64,000 nucleotides of DNA from Ancylonema sp. (GCA_050230475.1 JBFLGF010000107.1:1-64000), one strand, 5' to 3'; counted from the first letter of the stretch, positions 24,808-38,335 are shown. Notes: generated by a model not told the origin, from the letters alone. Translations and numbers: made by a program.

Positions 24808-25011
24808 TGAGAGCGGCACAATACCACATTGTGACTTTATGAGAGATTACCAACATTTATCGATACAAGATTGTGACTATATGAGATGATCAACATTCAG
24901 AACTTAGAGAAGAAGAAGCGATGAGGATATCAAAGGAGAGAACTTCAGTTCAGAGAGAAGACAAAGTATTAAGAATATCATTTTAGGCGGCCGACTCCAA
25001 ACAGCACGTCA
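24808..25011 (+). repeat. LTR-like repeat A4 (204 bp, TGA...TCA), preceded by a polypurine tract at 24797-24807
   Basis: GGGGGGGGGAG then TGAGAGC...GCACGTCA; counterpart of 3474-3677. Confidence 0.85.
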
Positions 25012-25019
25012 TAGAGGCT

Positions 25020-25115
25020 CTAGATGGCAAGTGTGGGCCCGGTGAAGAAGACATGGTGTGGCTGATCCTTCGGTGTTTGTATGGTCTCAAACAAGCACCT
25101 AGGGGGTGGAAACTG
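25020..25115 (+). mobile_element. Ty1/copia RT scrap
   Basis: Translates GEEDMVWLILRCLYGLKQAPRGW, the copia RT LYGLKQAPR.W motif. Confidence 0.75.
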
Positions 25116-26231
25116 GAGGGGGAAAACAAAAGTACCCAGGGAGGGGGTGTTAGTTTTTAGGGGCTGTGAACTTTTGTCGTTATATCAATTTTTAGTTTTT
25201 CCGGGCATTTACCTTTCATTTTGTCGTTATTCAGCAAATGCAGGCCGATGTCCTTGTTAGTAACAAGGACATTGGGTGTCTTGGAAGGGCTAGATTAATA
25301 ATGTGATAAGATGTTACAATGATTACGTCGACATGCTTGTCCACTTGGCACAACTGTCGATAAGTATAAGATGATGTGGCAGAAAGCTTAGAAGTAATTG
25401 GCAGTTGAACAAGTAGTTTCGATATCAATAGATCTTTGACCAAGCAGCACTCGACTATACTAGGTCTGAGCTTGCATGCAGAATTCAACAATCGATACCT
25501 TCTACTTCAAGCTTTCACTTTTGTGGTGTCAATGCTTGTAATGACGAGATCCTTTTGACTCAAAGAGATTAAGAGAAGTGGACTTTATTCTTGCATCGAT
25601 TGCGGAAGAAAGTTCTCACACCAAGGTCAACTTTGAATAGTGGGCTTGTAAAGTAATTGTTGGAAGGGTGGGCCACGTGGGGCTACTACCCGTAACATCG
25701 TTTTGAGGTTGATGGGATGTATGGTGGGTACGAGTATGCTCAAAATCTCAATATTTTTTACGGCAACAAAAACATTTCGGAAGTTGGAGAGGAGAAAAAA
25801 ACTCTCCAAGCCATCCTAAATCATACGGGTGCCTAGCAAATATATAAAGGCCAGTTCTTCATATATTCTTCTGCTCCGACGATGCCTGGAAACGTCAAGC
25901 TCAACAAGTCTTTGACTACACAGAGTCACCATAGAGTTCCGACTTACTAACTTGCTACCCTGCAGGTACGTTCATACATCAATCTGCACAATCGTTGCAA
26001 GAAAAACATTTTTAAAATGGGCACGCGCGTATTGGTTTCATCCTCAAATGAAGTATTCATCACGCTACACACGGAAAAACCCACCTTACAGGTGTAACCT
26101 CCTCCCCTACCAAAAATCCAACATGTATTTGTACAACGTCTCGCATTCATCATGTCCCACCTCCACTCCCACCCCCTTCCCACTCTCCATTCACCCCAAT
26201 TCCGGCCCCCTCCCCTCCCCACCCCTCGCCC

Positions 26232-29200
26232 CTATTGCGAGCTTTGGTAGTACATCGGCACCCCAGCCGCTGGCCCCGCCCCACCCCCAACCACCCCCGC
26301 AATGCTCCCCGGGATATACTGCTGTCCGTAGGCAAACTGCTGCTGGGGCTGACTGGTCGCGTACTGGCCGCTCATCATCCCTGGGGTGTACGGAATGCCG
26401 CCCGGGAAGGCCGTCATGCCAGGTGGCATGCCAGCTGGCGTGCCGTAGGACATGACCTGGGGGGAGGTTGGTATCTGTGGGCGGAATTGCGTCATGGCTC
26501 CGTTGATGGGGGAGGAGATGGCGGTGTAGGGGGTGCCGTTGTAGCCCATGGCCTGGGGCTGGGGCTGGGAGGGTAGGGGAGGGGCAGGCTGCTGCAGCTG
26601 GGGGGGTGCACCGGGACCTTCAAAAAAAAAAAAAAAAAAAAAAAAAAAACGTTAATGAACCTTGTTTCTGTTATTATTGATCCTCTTTACCTGGTGCCTC
26701 CTCTCTTCGAGTATCATGAACGAATACTTCTCCATCTCTACACTCCTTTCCTTTCCCCTCTCCTTTCATACAGCCACAATCGAATCAAAGACATGGCGCA
26801 CACACATGTCCCCTCACCCAAATAGCATGTCAGAAACTTCCAGAAACCTTCCATGACACCGTTGGGCATTCAGCAATCAGCATTGGGCATTGAGCACCTA
26901 CCCTTGAACCCCGTGGCAGTGCCCTACAACCTCCCAGCACCAACCCAGTCCCCTCCCATGAAAGCGATTGGCAGATGGATCAGATGGACAGACAGACTCA
27001 TGACCAATGTCCACCCCCCTCTTCCTTTTTCGTCCAGAAGGTCATATCCAGAGTTTCCATCCTGCTCTTCTCCTCACCTCCATGTTGTGGTACCGTTTGC
27101 AGTTGAGTTTTCTCCTTCTGACCTTCGGAAGCAAGTTTTACGGCCACTTGACGACCCTGTACATGCCCAGATAGAGCCACAGCCGCAATGAGATTAGCAA
27201 TCACGACAAGCGTACTTTCTATCGTCACACGATCGCACATGCCAGGGTGGGCGACCTGAATAATTTTTCAATGTAAACTTTTGAAACGTACGGTTGGAGT
27301 AACAAATCTGTCCAGTGACACTACTTTCCCCCCACACCTACAGTGAAGGGAAAGGGAGAAAGTAAAAGAAGATATAAATTTACACAAAAAAAAAAAAAAA
27401 AAAAAAAGGAATCCCATCACACCATCACCTCAACTCTATGCCTGACTTGCAAATGCGCATCAGAAAATCCGTACTGCCCTGTAACCTTCCTCCACTCCAA
27501 CCTCCACATCCGGATCAACCCCAATCGTCCCAGACATGAAGGAAGGGAGGTCTCACATCGATTGTCTTGCTGCCTCCCGCGATTGCCTTCTTGGCAGCGT
27601 CAGCAGACTTGTAGGTCACAAAAGCAAAGCCCCTGATCCCCACCCTCCCCCACCCATAGATATCATCTGTCAGACAATTACATCACACAGCTGCGCCAAG
27701 AAGGTCTCTTGTACACCATTCACTCCAATGATTTACTCCCTACCAAATAGGCAATGATTTACTCCCTACTTAAGAGCAGTCAGTCTGAGAGTGGAGTCTA
27801 TGTATGAAATACATATGTATAGCCTCGAACCGTTTGCGCACAGAGGCTCTCTCACATTTCCAGTCTCACCACCGACCCTTTTCTCACCTCGACTTGTTGG
27901 ACGCCTTGTCATACGCGACAGCTCCCTCCTCGATTTCCCCGTACGTATTGAAGATCTTCAGCAAGGTTTCACTCGAGGTGTCGTAGGACAAGCCTCCCAC
28001 ATAAACTTTCCGCAACTGGACGTCGGTCTGGAGGGCAGGACCGTTCCCCGTCGCTGCCAGGTTGCAGACCGTCATTCGACCCTGGAATCGCGGATCCAAC
28101 CACGGAGTAGTTGAGATTACAGAGGCATAACCGAAGCGACAAGTCACTCGTGGGATCCACGGCGGACATTCACTAAAAAAACGGGCAGCACAAGATCGTA
28201 GACATATGGCCACAGGATCAGATCTGAACGCAGAAACGGACGGACGGACGGACGGACGGATGGACGCTCTACAGTCAATCCCGCAGGCTCATTGACGGAG
28301 TCGAAGGTGCCGGAAAGGTGTTGAGAGAATAAGGGAGTTGTCGGCTGTAGGCTTCGGCAACTCACATTAATTTTCTTGCTAGGCTCCCTGAGCGCTCGGT
28401 ACGCTGAATCCATGTGTTTGAACGTTACGAAACCAAAACCCCGCGACTTTCCCGTGATCTTGTCCGATATAACGGCTCCCTCCTCGATCTCGCCGTACTG
28501 GGAGAAAACCTGAGATAGTGGGAGGTACATGGATAAACATCGACGCCTTCCCCGAGCACTAACACCCTGAGTCCCTGCAGTTAATCCTGGGGGTCCTCTC
28601 AGGCCAGCATTTCCACCGGATGCACACCAAGCAGCGCAGAAATGTGCAGACTAGCATTCCAGGCCGTGTCAGATCAGGCAATGTCCCGTCCAGCCCGGTC
28701 AACCACTCACTTCCCTCAGACTGCTAGTGTCGGTGTCCCATGCCAACCCCCGCACAAACAGCTTGCGATGCGCAGGGTCTTTACTTGCAACATCATTCAA
28801 CTCCGCAGCCACATCAGCATGTTGTAAAGCGCTGCAGACAGCCAACCCAGGAACCCATGCCAGCACACATCACCAGACCATAACCAATGCCAGAGAGAGG
28901 GGAACCAGCCACCAGGCAAGACAGGTCATATGAACAATTGAAGAAGACCATGCCATAAGCAGCATTCCGCTTCAGTGCACCGACGCCCTGACTCCGGCTT
29001 CACTACACGTGGATCGGACGGTACGCCATAAAATAATCGAGTAAAAGAGCAGGCCATCCAACACCTACGGCCATGTGTACACATGCGGGAGCAACACCTC
29101 GCCTAGGCGACGATCGACAATCGTTCAACTCTTCCCACCACTCCAAAGTAGCAAGAACGCACACAACACATTCGGAAAACACACACTGACATGTCTGGCG

Positions 29201-29460
29201 CCTTCATTATCTCCCCGGTATAATGTGAAAAACAGCAATATATCCAGATTGCTGGAAGGAAAGGTGTTATATCTCGGGGCCTACGCTTGAGCCAACAGGC
29301 TGACTAGCTGGTCTTTAGAAAACGGCTCCAGAAGTGTCTGCATCTCCTCAAGCGTCAGCAAGGTTCCGTTGCCGTTGCTCCCATTCGCATCTGTCGCCTC
29401 AAGAGATTCCAGTTTACGTTTCTTTTCTTCCGGATGGTCCATGACGATTTCGTCCGACAT
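26232..29460 (-). CDS. UBP1-associated protein 2-like (hnRNP A/B-type) RNA-binding protein, two RRMs, ~391 aa, 7 exons
   Basis: Exons 29460-29285, 28831-28711, 28509-28366, 28081-27888, 27632-27557, 27156-27078, 26617-26232. Motifs [29 protein letters not shown]1 RGFGFVTF and [12 protein letters not shown]-rich tail. Confidence 0.92.
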
Positions 29461-30169
29461 AGTTTTCGAGGACAAGATTTTGGAACAACCTCACAGGCCT
29501 TCGCTGCAGACTTTTAGTAGTATCAAAGAAATCTGATTTGTGCTCTTCGTTCTCTTCGTTCTCTCACGAAGGACCTTCCAGGAACCCCCGCTGCGGGCAG
29601 TCAAGGACACCTAGCATCTCCGTACGCTCCTCTGCGAATGGCAGAATGCGAGAAAGAGGCGGCAGTAGCAAATTGAAGGTGGTCCCGAGATTAGTTGGTA
29701 ACAACAGTTGTGGTTTACAAACCGTTTTCTCAATTATTGGCCTGGAAAGTTACCAATTCAGAATAGTATGTTACTGAAATTTCGACCGGCATCCAATGAG
29801 AAACAAACAGAGTTGTCGATTGCTTCGCTCAATTTCTGCCAGATGCCATGGCAAATATGAATGCCGATAATCTGCTCCGTGGCGCTACCTGCGTCGGCCA
29901 AATGTGCACCTTTGCATGACGATTGTTAGCGAGGGCATCATTAGAATCTGCTTACTTTTGTCGTTTTGAATACGCGGTCGTGTATTGCGCGGGCACCGAC
30001 CATGGCTTGTCGAGGACGAAGATCCCCTGGATGATCCCCCGTGAAACCAGGGATGGCAATTTAGGTCCAAATTGCTCTCGGGGGGGTTATCAACTTGAAA
30101 ACCCTACTGAGGGTCTGCACTTCAATTGCTAAGGTACATATGTTTTTGGGTCTTGTGGTAGTTTTGAAC

Positions 30170-30716
30170 CATAGTTGGCCCCGCCCCGGGCGGGATATTT
30201 TTCGCCCGGAACGCTGCCCGGGGCGGGCCCACAAAGGGTCAGGAAGCGGGGCGGAGTATGGGGGGCGGGGCCATAGGCCAGAAAACAAAAAAACAAAAAT
30301 TGTCGCAATGCGGAAATATGATTGGTTTTGTTCAAAACCGACTTCTAGCACAGTGTGCACCATACGCCACAAGTCCGACATCAATTAATAACAACCATGA
30401 GTCCGACTCCGTGGCGTGGTGTGGCATAATGCAATAAAAATAAAAATAAAAATATAAAACTTGAGATATACAAAAGAATATTACACGGGTAAAGATGGCA
30501 GGCGTACTTAGTAGTATAAAATCTTGAATACTTGTCGGATTTGAATTTTCAAAAGTTGTACATGATCTACGTGGTCTTGGGGTTCTTTTACAATAAAACT
30601 CATAAAACCTATATGGCTCCGCCCCGGGCGATATATTTTCCGCCCGGGGCACCGCCCGTGACGGCCCCGCCCGGTGCGAAAAACGGGGCGGGATTTTCGG
30701 GGCGGGACGAACTATG
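30170..30716. mobile_element. Nested hAT-type MITE (CATAGTT TIR)
   Basis: TIRs catagttggccccgccccg / cggggcgggacgaactatg; perfect 8-bp TSD ttttgaac. Confidence 0.9.
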
Positions 30717-31206
30717 TTTTGAACACAATGGTTCCCCTACAAACTTGTCATTCCAAATGGATGAATGTGTTTGAAAATTTTCTAAATGTTTAGACACAAT
30801 AGGACTCACACCACCTTTAGAAGAGCCCATGTGCAACCTTATTCGCTACATCATGCTTGTTTGATCCCGTACATCATTTTGGTAAAGAAAACCGTTTTGT
30901 TATGTGAACACCTCTTTAAGCTATGGTGAACGTAGAATACTTGGAGCGAGAATCCAACAATTGGTGTCTAAAATTCTAGAAAAAACCAAGGCATCGAAGT
31001 GACAAACATAGAAAAAACAGTTAGAAGAATCGCTTGTTCCGTAGTCATTTTATGCCGTAATCCGTCGCCACATTTTCTCCGCACATTGGCACCACAAACG
31101 TGGAAAAATAATAAAATAAGAGTGTTATGTCATCACAACTAGGAGGGGAACGTAGCGTGTCTAAGTAATCCGATCATGCAAGGAAATTGATGGCAGACTT
31201 TTAATC

Positions 31207-31494
31207 GGGTGAGACCGCGAGCACCCCCCAAAGCGACTGCGGGCACCCCCCTCCGACAAGCCCGAAGTCTCTCCATTTTTTCGACTCCTCATTGATCAGA
31301 AAAAAAAAAAAAAAAAAAAAATGTTAATATGTACTTCGTAGTCCTATCTACAATACACGGAAAAAATATTTTAATTATCGCAAAGCGTTTGGAAGCTATA
31401 ATTTTTGGAACTTACCTTATTTTAAGGGAAAGACTGCGGGCCAGTCGGAGGGGGGTGCCCGCAGTCGCTTTGGGGGGTGCCCGCAGTCTCACGC
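31207..31494. mobile_element. Nested MITE with ~70-bp TIRs
   Basis: gtgagaccgcgagcaccccccaaagcgactgcgggcacccc... recurs as an inverted copy at ~31428-31494; no clear TSD. Confidence 0.75.
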
Positions 31495-32085
31495 AGTTTC
31501 ATGTAGGGAATTATTCTTCATGCCGCCCCTTGAGCACTCATATAGGGCCTAGAGCCCTCCTACCCGTGGAGACGTCAGGGGAGGGGGGCGGCGAACAAGC
31601 AAGATGGTATTTCCTCCGCAGAGCCTCAATTCCGAGTTCCCGGGCGACTCAGTTCCGTACGCATCGGTGGGAGGTCACCGTCGCTACGGACTTACGTCAC
31701 GCAGTTCATGGCATACATCACCCGATTGAGCTTAACAAATGCTTGATAGGTCGGAAATCGTTGGCCGATGTCCATTGAGACTATCCGGAAAGGCGGCACG
31801 TCACTTGTCACTAGCAAGATGTCAATACGACTTGGTCCGAAGCCTCGATTTTTAAACCCCCCCCCCCTAGCAGAGCAATTTAGGTTCTAGTTTCACGGAT
31901 TGGGGTGGGAAATCCCCCGAAATTGCCCCTAAGCTGAGATTTACATATAGGGTTTCTTAGGGGTGCTTTCTCGGCATACCCTTAATATGCTTTTGTAATT
32001 ACGACCTAAATACCATCAATAACGAAGAGAGTTTTTAGACTTGCCATCCTTGTGTGAAAGCATCCGGGAACAAAAACCCGGCACG

Positions 32086-34001
32086 TAGTGTTGACAACAC
32101 CGTCCTCCCACGTAACTCCCTACTGTCCTACCGCGGTAGCTACCGATGTCCCGATATGTAGTAGGGGGTAGGGAATTCAGCCTCACCGCGGTTCGCTCGG
32201 TAGGGGGTAGGGTAGTCGGAAGGAATCGGTAGGGATTGGTGGGGACCGGTAGGGATTGGTGGAGATCGCTAGGAATTCGAATCATATCCGGCTATTCTCG
32301 GTTTGTGTTTGAGTTAAAGCCGCAAATCATAAACCATAAACCGTAAACTACACAACGGGAGGTAAAGGATGACGATAAGGAGTTGCACGAATCACATCAT
32401 AATATTCAAATCATGAAAGACACGAAGATGGGTATGTGATGCAGTGTCGAGGTATTTTGTGGGTTTCGTGAGACTTAGCACTACAAAACTTTATTTCGTA
32501 ATGCAGTCAGCAACTGCAAAAGAAGTTGCTACGCAACTGCTATTTCGTAACGCCCAAAGTCATACATTTTCAATCATGTGTAAGATCAATCCTACATTCG
32601 CGTTTATTAGTTTTTGTAATGATTAGCTCAACTAATTGATGAGATGACCGTTCTCAAATTTGTAATTCGCATCGGAATAGACGTCAAATGATGTGATGTT
32701 AGCTTCATAGCTTTCCATAGTGGCACGGTATTGCATCGATCGGCGATTGACACTCACACATCCTCTCTAATGTGTATACCAATCGCGTCTCTTCCACCGA
32801 TTACTATATTTTGGTTTCACATATTCATTAAAAACTGAAACATATACATAACACGAAGCACATTCGATGGGTGTTTGTGATCAATCGATCATTTTTTTGG
32901 TTGCAACCTATACCGTTGATTTCACGCTCAAAAGAAAACACCCTTCCGTTTCCTATCGCTCCCTACCGTCTCCGTACCAATTTACCTACCGCCTACCGTT
33001 ACCCTACACCCTACCGATTCCCGACAGGGATGTGCACCGGAATCGGTAGGAAAGCGGTAGGGGGTAGATACCGGGTATCACCCATAGTTGCATGGAGTGG
33101 CGGACCGGGGTCCCGAGGTCCTGACTCCGGACCGGGGTCCGTCCTTTTGGGTCCTTTTAGGTTTTTAAGGTGTTTTCCGTGGAGAAAAAACTCCGGAAGT
33201 ATTTTCTTCGCGAATAAAATTATATTTCACATCTTGTGAAAATGTCGAAAATGTTAGACCTATCAAACATGTAATTAAAACTTGCACTGTATCATAGTAT
33301 ATAGCGTTTTTCACCACTTTCGAAGGATATCAAGTGAGAAAATGATGTGGGTCATTTGGAATAGTCATAAGTACTCCATATTTTTTCGTTTTCGATAGGT
33401 TACAATGGAATTCCGATATCATGTCATCATGTCATCATGTCTATCCTTGCCTACAACTCCATACTTCAATGAAACGAAAAAATAATAATCACGACTTCTA
33501 CACCTACAATGGCGTGTTCAAATTTGACGATGGCATACTAAATTGACCAGTCACGTGGAGTTATTCTACTGACCAATGAGATCAGGTTAGAAAATTATGA
33601 AGATCGACATCCCCTTTGATTGGATGCTATCGAATGGTGAGTTTTAATGCCAAAATTTCAACCATTTTGTCAATTTTGAATTTCACCATCTCAATTAATA
33701 GACAGTTGGAATTGGACATGCTGTTTTACTTTATTTGTTTATTCAGTTTTGCTACAGCTTCGCAAGCCACAAATGACACATGCATATTCCACGTGTGAGG
33801 GACATACTTTTTTTTTGGAGCCCCACGCCTTTTTTCCCCGCGGAAAATTTGGGTGGCAAAAAAAACCTAAAAGTTCCCTAGTCCAACCGCGGCCCGACTC
33901 TGGACCCGGTCCGACCGCGGCCCGAAAATCCAATGTTGCCGGTCCGTGCAACTATGGTATCACCCCCTCCAAGAGCCGAAAATGCGTTGTCACCAACCCT
34001 A
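32086..34001. mobile_element. Non-autonomous hAT-like element with (CCTACC)-rich subtermini
   Basis: Ends tagtgttg / caacccta; degenerate TSD ccggcacg/cctgcaga; the right end recurs inverted at 38945 without the nested insert. Confidence 0.65.
33083..33956. mobile_element. Nested hAT-type MITE (CATAGTTGCA TIR)
   Basis: TIRs catagttgcatgga / tccgtgcaactatg; perfect 8-bp TSD gtatcacc. Confidence 0.9.
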
Positions 34002-35538
34002 CCTGCAGATGAGGCACACAAATTCCGAGCCGAAAATCCGTTAAAGGATCTCAATTTCGACTCTTCTTGGTTCCACTTAAGTATCCATTCGAAAAAATCG
34101 TCGAGGCAAAAAGAGAAGATCTGAAATTCTGAATTTAAATTTGAAGTTCGGTTGGTTTTCTATTACCGTACCGGTCAGAGATAATGCGCTAGCAAATCGG
34201 AATTCAATTATTAGAAATAGGCTCCAAATAGTTGCGCCAGCGAAAGTTTAATTCATCAGTACGTGCCAACAGTGCGTGCCATACAAATTTTGAAGTAATA
34301 TTTTTCAATTGCGCCATGGGTTTTGGATTTTTTCGTATTGAATCGCCATATTTTCAACGATTTTATTTAATTTGCTTGCGCTAAAAGTATGCGCTAACGT
34401 GTCCAAGATAATAGTAAACGCCAAAAACGTTTGCGCCAGGCACACTCGTTATTATTTTGTGGCGCGTTGTTTGTGGTTGGTACGGTAGATATTTGTGGTT
34501 GTCGGCCCCGTCCAAGGTCCCGCCCCGGGAGATTCCGCTCAAGTATGTCCCAATCGAGGACGGGGCCAACTACGCTCGTTGCTAGTGATGTAGACACTAA
34601 GGTATACGTACTCGCTTCGTAATCAAAGCATTTTGGGTCGACATTCAAAAACCATAATAAGGGTGCTTTGAAAGTTTATGCATTGAAAAAAAAAAAAAAA
34701 AAAAAAAAAAGGGGGTGGGGGGGTGGACAATTTAGGTGCTATGTTTTTTCCTCTTATCGGTGATTTAATTTTCGAGTTGCATTGTTCACCGCTGGAAAAA
34801 GAAAACGACAATGCAGAACCTCAACGTAAAAAAAAGTGTGCCACACTTGTTGACCAACACTGACAAATATTTTTACAATGAACCACTTCGGATTTTGAAA
34901 GTGGACACCGAATATACGGCACCCAATCGCGGAGCCTTGTTGCGTGGTTGGGTTATGGTTGCCGTGATGGGTGACATCGATAACCATGGCGGCGATGTCC
35001 TCTCCCCGGGGAGTATGGTATTGTAGCGCATGGGAAATGCGGGATTGCGTCATCCCATAAAATACTACCTTGGCATAGCTCCTCACAAGAAGTGTTATAC
35101 AAGCCATTGCAAAATCGTTGCCTGCTTCATTGAGGTAGAGGCGCACCTCGAATTGACCTAACGAACTTAGTTTGAACTTTGACTTAAAAAGTTTGCGACC
35201 CATACAAGGATTTGGAATATCTATAATTTATGTTCATGTACCTAAACAGAGTCTGCGGCAAGTCACCTGATCATGATAGCTTTTCAAAGTCATTAATGAT
35301 TTGACCATCATTAATAAGCATAGGACACAATTTTCACCCTATCCTAATCAGTTACTATTTTCACCTCATCCCTTTCTTAATACGACAAGGGTATCTATAA
35401 CGCTTGCATTCTAGTCGAATAATAAATCCGCAAGTCTCCATTACCATCAGACAAAGTCTAAATATCTTATCCACACAAAATTGCTTATTACTCGAGCTCC
35501 CAATATTGATAAAAGGACGTGGCAAGAGCTATTCTCAT

Positions 35539-37034
35539 TTACTTAATTCGGTCATAAGTGAACATCGTGGGCCCCCCTGTCAAAACTCGCACGAGAAGCG
35601 CAAGAGGGACGAAAAGGAACGGCAAATAGATTCCCACCAACCGCAGCCGAACGTTCAACGGCAGCGGCGCAACTCCCAATTCGTACAATATCGGAATCTG
35701 CGAAAAAAGGGGAAAAGGAAATGGAAGATGAGAGGGGTCCATCCCATCCCACGCCATATCAAAACACACATTCAACTAAGGTTCATTCCATAACTCATAT
35801 TTCTTACCACTCCACCGAAACCAAACCTGGAAAATTTCGAACAACACAAGGAGTTGAATGAAGCGTGAGTCATTAAGCCATGAGGGTATGAAATTGCTAT
35901 GGCTACCCACCCGTGAGGCCATGAGGCCAGACCTCAGTTGCTTGCTAATGCCAAAGTTTGACATGCACATGTACAGTAAACCCTGGTGGTGGTTAGGCAC
36001 ACCCTCTGTATAAGCACCCTCTGTATAGGTACCCTCTGTATAGGCACCCTCTGGATAGGCAACCGCGGTGTAGGACACGTTCGTAAAGGAACCAATATTG
36101 AGGACACGGATTTCATATTTGTTGCAGATTTTTTATTGTGAAAAAGTCATGCCATGATTTACACCCTTCCTCTCTATGAATGGTGTGCTGTTACCAATCA
36201 CACCCGTCACTACCCGACCAAAGGTGTGCCTTTACGACAGAGGTCTATTGTAAACCCCTTTCACACCCCCCACTCTGTGAATGTTCTAACTGAGCCTCGT
36301 GGAGGACCAGGGACCAGGGACCATGGGCCCTACTTGTGATGCTCCCAGAGTCTCCTTCTCCGAGACGTGAATGGTGAATGGTGGATGGTGGATGGATGGG
36401 AAGGGAGAGCACAGAGAGAGAGAGGGAGATGCGCACAGATAGTGTTGTAGACGTGATAGTGTTGTAGAACAGGATAGAGAGTAGGGGAGGACCGTATTGA
36501 AGGGGGGAATGGAACGCAGGTGCGAATGTCCGTAACCATTTCGGGTGTCAAGTACCGGAAAAGAAACATGAAAGAAATTGCAGCAGACACTCCCATGCTG
36601 CTGCAAACCACACCAGGGCTAGCAAAAATTCTGTTTGCATTCTGCAAAAAATACCATTCAACGTTTTTCAACCCCTCACCATGACGCTGGTGGCTTGCAC
36701 AGAGTAGAGTATGGTGGGGACGTGGATCCACTCGCACCCTAAACAAAAGAGGGGGAGGGGAGGGAGGGGGAGGAGACTGGGAATGGTGTAAGGAGAGGCG
36801 TGGAAGTTGGCACCTCTTTTACTATCCCAGAATCATCCCCAGGATGTACCCCAGAACTGAATGCGTTGGCAACATCTGTGTCCGTATCAAATGTTGACCT
36901 AATGTTTTTCCCGCCTAAAAATATTTCTTTATATGTATGGTAATAATAATAATAAATAATAATAATGATATTTAATACTAATAATGATAATAATAATAAC
37001 AGTAATGATAATAATGATAATAATGATAGTAATG

Positions 37035-37065
<31 letters not shown>

Positions 37066-37073
37066 TAATAATA

Positions 37074-37125
<52 letters not shown>

Positions 37126-37163
37126 TAATAATGATAATAATAATATTAACGATAATAATAATG

Positions 37164-37198
<35 letters not shown>

Positions 37199-37256
37199 GA
37201 TAATTGTAATAATTATAATGATAATAATAATAATAATGATAATAATAATAATAATG

Positions 37257-37342
<86 letters not shown>

Positions 37343-38335
37343 AAAAATAATATATAAAAATTACAAAAAAAAATGCAGTGATTATGGTCACTAATAATTA
37401 AGGTCATAATAAGTATGGTCATGAAAATAATGATAGTAGACAAAAATAATAAAATCAAGGTGGGGAAAAGACGTGGTGCAATGTCTGGTTCTACCACCTA
37501 CAAAATTTTCTCCATACCTTTTCCAAATGCATAAACTGCAGCTAAGAAGTACGGCAGCTGGAAGAAGACTTCACAAAAGCAAAGCGCAATGAACCACGGA
37601 GGCTTTTGGTCTGCAAGTACAGTAAGACCTCTCTAAATTAATATGGGGATGAGGAACACATACTGCTTGAGGCTGGCTACAGTGTATACGAAGGACAGTG
37701 GACAATGCAAGAGTCGCAGGTCAGCAATAACATTTAATGTTTCCAAAACAAATTTTGAGGCAAGGCCACATATGCAATCCGTGAATATGAACTGCTCATG
37801 ACGTTTGCACCTGGGAGACCAATAGAAGCCACTATGTAAAGTGTCAGATTGATCGACTGGCAACACTCGCCACTCCCTCTACGACGACAGTTGTATGCAG
37901 ATAAAGCCTAAGCTAAAAGTCCTTGACACTGGTTTCCTATTCTCGTATCTTGTTGCTCTGACTGCTATTGGACACACGTCTCCTTAAAACAATCACCAAG
38001 ATGTAGAGTTGCTCATCCACACCCTCGGAAAAGGACCTCGTTGGTGTCGGCACTCCGGACTGCAGTGTATGTGTGCAATTTCCTATGCGGTTCCATAAGA
38101 TGAATCAAGGACACCGGCATACGCAACAGGTCTCACCGACGAGGGGATCTTGAAAGGTTTCGACATGGTAGCTCAGCATTTCCTGAAGCACTCCGGGGAA
38201 CCAGTCTCGAGGGAATACCAACTGGCTGTCCAAAAATACTGTAGTTGGAATGTGCACAAGAAAGAAGGCCACAAACAAACTATCTGCCGGCCGATTTGTG
38301 AATGGAACAACCGGTACAACCATCGTGAAATTCAT
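35539..38335 (-). CDS. TMEM97/sigma-2 receptor-like EXPERA membrane protein, ~169 aa, 4 exons
   Basis: Exons 38335-38137, 37610-37518, 36738-36680, 35697-35539. Motifs FFLVHIPTTVFLDSQ, DPLV, PPWF...CEVFFQLPYF, WIHVPTILYS, IYLPFLFVPL. Confidence 0.9.
36941..37340. repeat. (AAT)n microsatellite in TMEM97-like intron 2
   Basis: About 400 bp of aat with occasional gat/agt/aac interruptions. Confidence 0.98.

Larger units (their letters stand above)
30048..32052. mobile_element. Non-autonomous hAT element (CAGGGATGGCAA TIR family) with two nested insertions
   Basis: TIRs cagggatggcaa / ttgccatccttg; TSD cgtgaaac/tgtgaaag; homologous to 52556-53504. Confidence 0.8.

Noticed and set aside
19003..25011. 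Single TIR DNA transposon
   Set aside because: The inverted ends are LTR termini of two opposed retro-units; flanks (cacaa / tagag) show no TSD and there is no transposase.
34754..35203. 149-aa and 71-aa ORFs
   Set aside because: No recognisable motif, splice pattern or second copy.
36965..37497. Poly-Asn, poly-Ile and poly-Leu ORFs
   Set aside because: Translations of the intronic (AAT)n microsatellite.
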